Origin: Octopus sinensis
Lineage: Eukaryota
DNA: 64,000 nucleotides
Direction of reading: 5' to 3'
Assembly (NCBI RefSeq): GCF_006345805.1
Contig: NC_042998.1
Span: 67,394,001 to 67,458,000 of the forward strand
Positions 53,401 to 64,000 of the stretch are shown here, one piece after another; positions within the stretch are counted from its first letter, which is position 1; every line of letters starts with the position of its first letter. A program made the translations under genes and the position numbers. The notes under the pieces were generated by a model. It was not told where the DNA came from. It saw only the letters and a program-made list of their open reading frames with translations, and did no database searches.

Positions 53401-53726
53401 ACCTGTTTGCGAAATATACTGTATATTTGTATGCATGTATTTATGTATATGTATATAAGCCAATCTCACTAATAAGATTGATTCGTTCTTGTTAATGACC
53501 GTAAATCAATTATGTACTTGTACCCAAGTTAACGATCCACAGTTTTTAAAAATCACGGCCACGTCTACAACTAAATAAGATTTAGTAGCGGATATTATGT
53601 TGCTTTTAAACGATATAGTTTGAAGTCACGAAAATACATGGATACCCTGTTGACACACACATCCCTGTTCCAGCGAAATCTCAGGATGTAATCGCTGGTG
53701 CATAGTAGTCTTCGCTTGGTACTCTC

Positions 53727-54251
53727 TTAACCCATTGCCTGCCATGAGCCCCATTTGAGGATCTGCTAAAAACTGTCTCTCAGCGGATTGTTCATTGTAT
53801 TTCAAGTAAATTGCTTATGCACATTGCATTTGCAGAAGTGTGTTTAATAACGTTTATTAGTTAAAGCTTGTCATTACTAACTCTGGCTAATTCTACAGGA
53901 CATTTTATGTCATAAATCGCAAATTTTGAACTACAAAGATATTGACTGTTTTGAATTTTGTTTTTGTTTTTGCATTTCTCATCTATATCATTCATTGATA
54001 TTTCAAACACATTCGTATTTGATACAATAGTTTCAAAACATAACAAACTATAATGTTTATTATTGCAATTGAATAGAAGAGGATAACTATGCATTTTTTC
54101 AGCGATCCGCATTAGGGACTTTTCGAAAAATTTAAAATAATTTCCAAAATTATTCACATACGAAGAAAATTTAAATACTGTACATTATTTCAACTCCTAA
54201 GAAACCTGGAAAACCAAAATATATGAGTAATCTTGACAGTTAATGGGTTAA
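53727..54251. mobile_element. piggyBac-type non-autonomous element
   Basis: TTAA-CCCATTgcctgcca ... tgacagttAATGGG-TTAA: TTAA duplication and CCC-start TIRs. Confidence 0.65.
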
Positions 54252-55195
54252 ATAGATTAGAACAAATATCAATGTAAGATTTCCTCCAGAGTAGAGCGTG
54301 CAAATCTCTTTTGAAGAAGCTCTTGTAATCTCCTATTTGGACGTTGAACATCATTACCACTAGGTCTCACAGATTTTAAGTCAACTATTAAATTTCTCCT
54401 CTCGATTAAATGCATGGCAGAATCTTGTCAAGTAGTAGTATTGCAGTCCGCCAATAAATAGAAAACATTTGTCGCATAAGTGGAGATATGGTGATAAAAT
54501 GCTATTTATTTACTCTGATTCCAGTAGATTTCAACAGGTAATATAAATCAGCTTTAGAAAAGGGAACTCGGGAATAGATTTGTGTGTACGCACATGTAAA
54601 CGTTAGATTTTATACTCTTCACATCCACGTTTAAATAAAGTCGTTGAAACATGGATTCATTGGATGATATGGCCATTTTTGTCGGCCTATGTTCTCACAT
54701 GTATTTTCAAACACCTAATTTTACTTGTATTAAAGTTGTATGGAGGTAGCAGTGTGCTTTCATCTTTGTTATGTTAGAATTTTCTCGCCGTTCGTTTCGT
54801 AAGCAATTATTTTGTGAAAGCAATATATTTATCTTGCCCTAACATTAGTGTATGATTCAAGTATAGCTTGCGTTAATACGAATTTATGCCCTACGCTTAA
54901 CATGGTTTTACGACCCCAACTTATATGGATTCTCTGTTATTGCTAGCATTCGTAAAGAACATTCGTATATCGCGCCAATTTAGCAATTATTATGCAATCA
55001 TCATTCAAACATTACTTTATCACAGCAGTTCAGGAAACATCTATTGACAATATGTTACATGTGTGTGCGTATTTAAGTAAATACTATATGTGATATATAT
55101 ATATATATATATATATACATGCATATATAAACATATATACCTAATTGGCACATGGACATTTTCACGACAAATATATATATATATATATATATATA

Positions 55196-55230
<35 letters not shown>

Positions 55231-55473
55231 CTGTATAATTTTCTGACTTGCTTCGATAAAGTAATATATAGATGATGATGATTCCAATATAATCGTCAAA
55301 ACACCGGAATATGAAGTTGTCTTTTACTAATGTTAATAATATATGCAACGGAATTATAAAATTATATTGATCTGCAGGCATAATCAATATCAGAGCGTTT
55401 CATACTTGAAATTTTGGCCCAAGGTGCGAAATTTCGGTGAAGCGTTTAAGTCGATGACATTGTCCCTAGCATT

Positions 55474-56030
55474 CAACTGGTACTTATTTCATCAACCTCC
55501 AAATGATGTTTGGCAAAGTCGACCTCAGCGGAATTTGAAGCTAGAAAAGGAAGACGGATGAAATGCCACTAAGCATTTCGCCGCCCGGTGTGTTAGCGAT
55601 TCTGCCAGCTTGCCGCTTTAAAATAAATTCCTGTATTAACGTGAGACACGGTGGCGAGCCGGCAGAACCGTTAGCAAGCTCGGTAAAATGCTTAGCGGCA
55701 TTTCGCCCGTCTTTAGGTTGGTCGATAAGTACCAGCAGAAAATTGGGGTCGATTTAATCGACTTCGCCCAGCACCCAAAATCTTCTGTCATTATGCTAAA
55801 CTAAACCGTGAAATCAATATTATCCTCAGATAAGGTGGTGAACTGGCAGAATCGTTAGCAAGCCGGTCAAAATGCGTAGCAGTATTTCGTCCCTCTTTAT
55901 ATTCCGAGTTCAAACTCTACATCGCCTTCCATTATTTCGCGGGGGTCGATAAAATAAGTACCAGTTAAACACAGGAGCAATATAATCCACTAAAACCTTC
56001 CTCCGAAACTGCTGGTCATGTGCTAAAATT
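55474..56030. mobile_element. Cluster of three degenerate SINEs of the 26765 family (one minus, two plus)
   Basis: Heads ggcgagc(c/t)ggcagaa-like at about 55620 (minus), 55650 and 55833; gggtcgat cores. Confidence 0.75.
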
Positions 56031-56063
56031 TGGAACCGATATTAACGTGAGATAAACGTTATA

Positions 56064-56136
<73 letters not shown>

Positions 56137-56166
56137 TATATATATAATATATATATATATACATGC

Positions 56167-56554
56167 ATACAGGAGTTATGGAAAGAAGTAGATAAGATCC
56201 GGTCTACAGCTAGAAATGTTTCATAGTGAGCGGAACCTCGGAAGTCGTAAATATCCAAGCGAACTGTGTACCACAGGCTACTCCTGAGGCCAAGGATATC
56301 TTGAAAATGTACATTGTCAAAAGGAGGTATAGTTAACACATGAAAGATTCAATCACATATTCTGATTGAATATTCCATGCGTTAACATGTACCTCCTTGC
56401 GACAATGTAAACTTTCGTTCAATCAAGGTATTGTTGGTCTCAAGAGTAGCCTGTGCTCTACATCTTGCTTGGATATTTCCGACTTCCGAGGTTCCGCTGA
56501 CTATGAAATATAAGTAGCCCGGATCTTATCACCTTCGTTCTTTAACTCTTGTAT
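56167..56554. mobile_element. Foldback element, about 190-bp imperfect arms with a 7-nt loop
   Basis: atacaggagtta...ttcaatca catattc tgattgaa...taactcttgtat. Internal matches include gcggaacctcggaagtcg / cgacttccgaggttccgc. Confidence 0.85.
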
Positions 56555-56775
56555 CCTTATTGGCACATCCGGTAACACTGGTCCCCCACCGTGAAACTTT
56601 TTGAAGCTTTTTTCAATTTATCGTACTTCGATAAGGAAATCATCAGCAACCTTCCGTCTCAATATACCACCATTGTCTCTGAAATTTGTCTTTTATATTT
56701 ACTACGGCTTGCTTGAAGCTAACTTTCTTCTTACACCACCATCCTTGGATTTCATATATATATGTGTGCATGTAT

Positions 56776-56855
<80 letters not shown>

Positions 56856-56868
56856 GAAATATGTGTGC

Positions 56869-56935
<67 letters not shown>

Positions 56936-57159
56936 GAAATATGTGTGCATGTATATATATATATACTCATAAACATACATTTTACACACATATGTATATG
57001 GGTATGTAGATATTCGCATTTGCATGTGTGTGTTTGTGATGTATGTGTGTATGTACATATATATTCGCATGCATAATTCATCCTATTTTAATAAAGGCGT
57101 TGAACTTCGTTCATTATGGGTGTTTTTTCAATGTTCCTTATTTTTATCTACTATTTGTT

Positions 57160-57585
57160 TCAATCATTAAATCGATGCCTTGCTAGGGCAACACCTGCAA
57201 GAAATTTTGTCGACCAGATCACCCCTTTCACTTATTCTATCATCTGCTAACTATTCTTTTCTCAAATGACTAATTTACGAGGACGTTAACAAGCTAACAC
57301 CGGTTATCAAGCGGTATTAGGGGGATAAACACGAACACACACACGCACAAATGCACACACACACACGCACAGATGCACACACAAACACACACACAAACAG
57401 ATGCACACACACACACACAAACACACACACATATATATACATGCATATTTCTTTCAGTTTCTGTTTACCAAATCCACCCAGCACAAGACTTTGGTTGGCA
57501 CGGGGCTATAGTAGAAGACTCATACCCAATGGGACTGAACTCTAAACTCTGTTGGTGGGAAACAAGTTTCGTATCACACAGCCAC
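57160..57585 (-). mobile_element. Degenerate CORE-like SINE with internal (CA)n
   Basis: ttctttcagtttctgtttaccaaatccac...gctatagtagaagac...gggactgaac. Confidence 0.7.
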
Positions 57586-57824
57586 GTAAAGGATTCATTT
57601 CTAGTTTTCACGTGTCTTCTCTCACCGATTTCCCGTGTTCCCATCAGCTACTGCAGTTTGTGTGGAGATCTTGACGGTCTTATTCTCAGGATCATGTGAT
57701 ATCGGTGTGTGCTGGTCCTTCTTTACAAAACGTAGTGTCTAACGTCAAGTGATTGCTTAAGATATTACTACGAAAATTTGAGGTTGCTGTTCAAATACTT
57801 TTTTTTTAAATTGTAATTTTTATA

Positions 57825-57895
<71 letters not shown>

Positions 57896-59438
57896 TCGTC
57901 TATTTTCATGTGGGTGGTGCATAGAGTTTTCCTAATTAGTTTATCGTGTGTTCTTTAGTGTAATGCGCTGCTTCTTTTGCTCTTTATTATAAGTGTATAA
58001 TAACACGTGATTAATGTGCAATTCTATAGTTAATTCAACATTTAGTCTTGAACTTTACACATTTCCTGTTCTTTATCAAATTTGTAAATCACATTTCACA
58101 TTAGTAGCTTGTTGTCGGGTTTAAAGAATGGCACCCTAGTCATTAATAAGATCTTTGTTGCAGTTTTATTTTAATCACAGTGAGCTAATTGTTTCTCGTA
58201 ATGACTTTAGCGTTCTGTTTTACAAACTATGTGATTTAACTATGGGTGACCGACCCTCTTATCGAAAATATTTTAGCTATGGATATTTTTTGTTTAGCTT
58301 AAACAATATGACGCATGGCCTAGTGGACAGTGTGTTCCACCTACGATAGTAAAATTGTGATTTTGGTCCCAATAGTTGGTGCGTTGTATTCTTGAGCAAA
58401 ACATAATTTCTCGTTGCTCCTATCCACACAACTGTAAATGATTGCATGCAAAGCTGAGAATTTAAAGCTACAACAAACCTGTCTCCATTCAAGTTGAAGT
58501 GTTGTAATCTCAACCAGGTATACGCACTGGAAACCGAGTTAATCTCCGGCTAGACCTATGTCTAAGCTTATGTTGACGACTGAGTTAATTCTTTACTAAT
58601 GAAATGATAGATGGTGATTTAATTATTTTGCTGTTTCAAGAAGATTAAGCAATTGTGAAGCTGTACTTATTGGCTTGTAGAATCTGTGTTTTAAAAGGTG
58701 GGGGAGCCAGTATACTCATTGCAGTATGCTTGTGTTTGGATTGTTCTATGATTTTGTCAATTAATTTGCTTCAATACTTCTGGGAAATGTACAAATTAAA
58801 CAAAATTATTTCACTATATAACATTTAGTCAATGTACATTTATTAGTTCATTTATCCTATTCGATACTTCATTGGTCGCAAGTATCTACATTTTTTCTGC
58901 TTAAATGTCTTTTTACTATCATAGTCTGTTAGTACTTTAAGTATTCTCTTTCCTCTCCTTTCGTTTAATTTAGTTTCTTACTATATCTCAGCTGCTCTAT
59001 ATGTAACACGTTTCGCAAAGGACGTCAAATTTACGTGATAAGAGCTCTAATAATGTCGCAGCTATGTTTAAATGAAGACATAAGGATACAAGTAAAAGCA
59101 AACAAAAAATACTAGAAACAACACAAGTATATGTAAATATCGAAAGATGTAGATGATAATTCTTTCAGAACTACCAATCAATAATGGCTTGCTGATATTT
59201 CGTTTCCTTAATAGCAAGGTGATGAAAAATAAGTAAATACTATTGAAACTGTATTAGTATGTGTGATTTTGTAAACGGAAAGAGTTCATTATGTATAATA
59301 TTCATGTTCGATTTGCTGAACACAACACAAATTATATATGTATGTATATGTATCTGTGCGTAGATGTGTGCATGTGAGTGTGTATGTACATTTAATGCAT
59401 ATGTGAATATATATATAATGTATATATGAAAGTATTTA

Positions 59439-59484
<46 letters not shown>

Positions 59485-59940
59485 TATATATATACATATA
59501 TACATATACATATATAATATATTTATATGTGTGTATGTATACATATATATCTGTGAGTGTCTATGAATACAGACGACGAGGGAGTAAATAGTTAATATAC
59601 ATATAACCTATATGTCTGTCTCTATGTATATATGTATGTATGTATACATCTATCTGAAATAGAGAGGATGAGAAAGAGAAGGAGAGCCTGTATACAAACA
59701 TACTTATACACGTGAACATTCAGTGTTGCTTTCGGAATTCTGCCCAAATACCGCGGGTAATAAACTACACAGAAAACTCTTCTTAGTTTCCAAGTCGTAG
59801 GTTCATTTACATATTACTGATAGTTTGACAACCATTTAAAAAAAAAACTTTCTTTTCATCAAACACAGCATGAAAACGGAAACAGTTTGAAAGTAATTTA
59901 GTATATTTGTATGTTTCAGATATATAATCTTGCTGTGGGA

Positions 59941-60180
59941 CAGACGTGTGGCGAATGACACAGTAATTCTTCTCATACCTATGCCATTTAGTCGATCTCT
60001 TAGAATAGACGTCAGTACTAGTTGCGCAGTGTGAACATTTACTTTTAATATCTTACTGATTTCAGTCACTGAATTGCGGACATTCTGGTGCATTGCCTTC
60101 AAGGAATGGCTTTCAGGAATTATATCAACTTGAGTACTTATTTCAGTTTCGTATTTACTTGATCGATTTGTATTTATCAT
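59941..60180 (-). pseudogene. Possible mariner transposase N-terminal (HTH) remnant
   Basis: SVTEISKILKVNVHTAQLVLTSILRDRLNGIGMRRITVSFATRL resembles the mariner second HTH followed by an LGMRR..KFVPRLL-type segment. Judged by eye only. Confidence 0.33.
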
Positions 60181-61627
60181 TTTGTTATTTTATATTTTGA
60201 CTTAAATAGGCACAACTCAAAAGTTTTACACAGTTATCAAACCACCCGCTTACTGTGAAACTTGCCCATACATTCACACACGCACACATGCATACACATC
60301 TACGTAATAATAGCGTAGATGTATAATATCTTATACATATAAGATACATATAATACCTTATACATAATAACTTATTATAGCGTTGCTTGCTTAAATCATC
60401 AGTACGTCTACTGGCTTGTGTCACTAAACTTCACTCGAGTTGGTATTTGTTGGCCGAAACTTATCCACACATAAGCAAATGGTCTAGTATAATTTGTGGA
60501 AGTTTTCCAGGAACGGTTTGAACGCCACAGGGCCTTTTTCTTCCTAATTTTTCCGGCATAACATTTTAAGCAGGGCCTTTAACATTTAAAGCTGAGGGAA
60601 AATATTTGTGTTAAACTATTTGTACGATGAATAACTGATTTGTGTTAGAAACAAATGTCACGTGACTAGAACCCAAAATAATTTTTAGGTTTCATTTTAA
60701 AGTCATGTGGACTGGGTTATGCTGATATATATTTCACAATTTAGCGATGTTGTAGCGATGAGAGGGAAGTCGGTGGGAATTGCGATCGAGCGAATGCAGG
60801 TGACCTCCATAGTCATATCCTACCATGGCATATATTTCATTGTTACTATTCTCCTCTGGTGACTTCGGACCTCATAACATTATCTTGTGCATGGGGAGCA
60901 ATAGGTCTCAGAAGCATTGTAGATATAGTTGAAAGAGGAGAAGAGAGAAAATATCCGACTAGATTATTCCGATAATCCAGGATCTCACCCTGATAGCCAT
61001 ATACACAGGAACACTGGTATGGACGCGCTAACTGGAGTTCTTCAACAACATGATGAGATTTTATATAGTTTTAGATGGCAATGTCGATATCAGCAGAGAA
61101 TAAGATTTTTAATGCGCTTCTTTCCGAAAATTCATGAGTTCGAAATGTTCCTAGCTACACGTTCATATATATTTCTGTAAATGCATACGTGACCTCAGAA
61201 GTCTTAATGATGTGTGTATAGAAGTTGTTGTGGCGATGGTGGTGGTAGTGGCGATGGTGATGGTTGAAAACAATCAACAGAAAATTGAGAGAGAGAAAGG
61301 CAGAGGTTAGATAGAAAAAAATTGTACTGACCCCTCTAATGGGAAGACAGAAAATATTGTTTATCATGCAACTTTGCAATAATTTGTTCCAAGTCAACAA
61401 ATTATATCATTGTTTTGATGAAAATTGTTCATTAGTCGAAAAATATTGTCCGAGTTTAATCAAATTTAATATGCACTCGATGCATTTAAGAGCCTATTTA
61501 AGAGCCCTCCATAGGAGTTAGCTTAAAAGCAACCAGATAGATAAATTAGATACCTTTGTATCGCCATTTTGGATCGCTGAACTCTACACGTTTTTTCTCG
61601 CTCTTTTTCTCTCTATGTCCTCTTCTT

Positions 61628-61665
61628 TCTTTCTGCGGAAGAGCGCAGGCTCGAAACGTAAAAGA
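61628..61665 (+). ncRNA. Minimal hammerhead variant with A6C core (CUGCGGA), all stems intact
   Basis: tcttt CTGCGGA a GAGC gcag GCTC GAA ACGT A aaaga. Confidence 0.62.
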
Positions 61666-61751
61666 CATTTCCATTTTTCCCGGGCTAATAATATCAATAG
61701 ACATGCTTGTTCCCACACCTGTTTTCATCGTTTGATTTTCTATGAATTTCA

Positions 61752-61812
<61 letters not shown>

Positions 61813-62950
61813 AGATGATCATCTCTATTTTGTAGGTGACAACTAATCAACAGGAGAAACTGTTTTATACATATCTATTCATAAAATATTGAAAGTGTCA
61901 GTTATTTGAAAAAACCCATTCCTGTGTTAGTATATATTTTAGACGTGTTACATATTTCTTCCGCCTCTTGATAACCCTGCAAGTTAGTGTTAATACATTT
62001 TTTAAAGTAAACACCTGACAATCTTACATATCTCCGACACACTTGTACAGGTTACTTCATGCCAAACAGTTTTATAATCTTCATTATTGCAAATTTCGTC
62101 TACCATATTTTTTCTCCGGCTAAGAATAGTACCGACTTGTGAATTAATATATCAAAACAAGTACGAAATAAATTGATTTTGAACTATTTTTCTCCATCTT
62201 TTAAATTGAATAATAATTATTCCGCAATTATAATTATCGATATATTAAATTCAAAATTAAATAACATATTATAAATTTTTTAACTGTCTATATTGATCAC
62301 ATTATATGAAAAACAAGTCCATTAAAAAATTAATTTTCGGATGGTCAGACATTGTACATAGAACGTCCGATAACTAGTCATGACTTGTAAATATTTATTT
62401 ACATAATACATAAATCTAATTAGTCAGCTATCCGTATACGACTCCAAACAATCTCAACAATTTTTCTATATATTCACACTGACTCCGTTGCTTCTCCTCC
62501 TACGATTATTGATCTCACGATTATATTCGTCTAGTCACATATTGTTTTCTGTTTCAGTATAAATATAATAACAATGTTCATATATCAGTGAGTAAGTTGA
62601 ACGATAGTGGAATGTGTCTACAGCCCCGTAAGGTATCATACTTGATAAAATATATTTCATATTTCAAATGTATAGACATTTCTTTTTTATATGAGTAAAA
62701 TTATAGTTGTAGAAATCGTAACACGAAAAATATGCAATATAAGTGTATATTTATGTATGTATATTTTTCTGGCTGCAACAGAGGCTATAGCCATCATGGA
62801 GTGGGTTATTTGATGCTATTCAGCGATGTTTAATTCATGGGTTGGTACAGCTTTCAATCCCAACGTTAATTACTAGACCCTCGAAAATGTTTTATCTATA
62901 TTCACTCACTACATGCATTTCCTGGTTTTCCCTCTCGGAAGTAATGTCTT

Positions 62951-63210
62951 TGTGTTGTGTTCTTGAGCAACACAGTTTATTTCACGATGCTCCCGTTCAC
63001 TGAGCTGTACAAATGAGATGCGACATCCTAGGTGCTAAGCTGTTTCGGCTTTTGGTTTACTCTTGGATAACGTCGATGGCGTGAAGAGTGGAGGCTGGTA
63101 TGCATGTGCAAATGCTGCTCTTCCATAAACAACCTTGCACGGACTTGCACATCGGAGGGGAATTCTTTAGGTGCAATCCCAAGGTCATTCATGACCGAAG
63201 GGGGTTTTTA
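62951..63210 (+). mobile_element. 5'-truncated SINE (24805 family)
   Basis: tgtgttgtgttcttgagcaa...cactgagctgt...catgaccgaaggggg. Confidence 0.8.
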
Positions 63211-64000
63211 TGTACTTCACTTACACACGTATATGCATAATTATTTATATACATAGAGCTACTACACCAAGAAGATTGAGCTGCTGGAAGCGACAAAACG
63301 TGGATTGTACGGACTTCTTGAGTAGAACGTTTTGGTCTACAGAATTTCATTCACACGGTATAGGTCAGTCAGGGTTATATAAAGTGACTGCGCCTTACAT
63401 GAAGTCTCGATTTAAATTCGAGCCTAGCACCGCTTCGTTTTAAAACGAATTTCTTATATATACGTCAATTTGCGACTTTATATACAGATATATATGTGTG
63501 TGAATGTATATACGCATATACATATATATTTACATGCACAACATATATAAATATACGTAGATAGGTACATAAATGTGCATGTATCTATTCTTAAATATGC
63601 GTGTGTATGTGTGTATATACGCACATTTGTCTGTCACAATTTTATATGACAGTATTACGAGGCTAATTTAATACTTTACGTTCCACGTGATGTTTAGCAT
63701 TGACATGTATCAAGTCTGCTTCGAATACACAGTTTCTGCCTCATAATAACCTCATGCGAAGAAAAAATGAATATCATCATTATTTTTATGTACTTAATGT
63801 AAAACTGTCTTGCAAATAATTATATTATGATAGAAATCGTATGATAGAAATCGTTTTGAATACTTATAAGTCCTTATGTTACGTAATCCATTATGTTTGA
63901 TAAGAAAATAAGAATCATTTAATTATGTTTATGTAATAACTTCCTATATTATAAATATTCTTCTCAAACAACGCTGCATAAAATCATATTACTGTGATAT

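Noticed and set aside
60740-61180. Moderately GC-rich patch with an 83-aa ORF
   Set aside because: No frame on either strand gave a convincing exon with matching splice sites or a known motif.

Overview
Eukaryotic, AT-rich, extremely microsatellite-dense animal DNA. The SINE families and repeat landscape point to an octopus or other coleoid cephalopod (inference, no search run). No host protein-coding gene can be called confidently, and almost all ORF-track entries are translated microsatellites. The one large coding element is a near full-length but frameshifted Tx1/L1-clade LINE (about 17141-23146, minus strand) sitting inside a (GATA)n array. Other content: an R4/Dong-type LINE 3' end, several tRNA-derived SINE families, MITEs/foldbacks and a 100-N gap. 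The main result from reading the sequence directly is more than ten hammerhead-ribozyme (HHR) motifs in three architectures. (1) Intact type I HHRs, including a mirror pair inside a perfect 364-bp palindrome (43869-44232). (2) Minimal dimer-type HHRs typical of Penelope-like elements. (3) Two HHRs of unrelated sequence (28081-28147 minus; 42585-42650 plus) whose three catalytic strands occur in reversed, non-circularly permuted order with the same 10-nt spacing. One SINE family also shares its 3' tail with the Tx1 LINE. All structures were assigned by eye; none is experimentally or computationally verified here.
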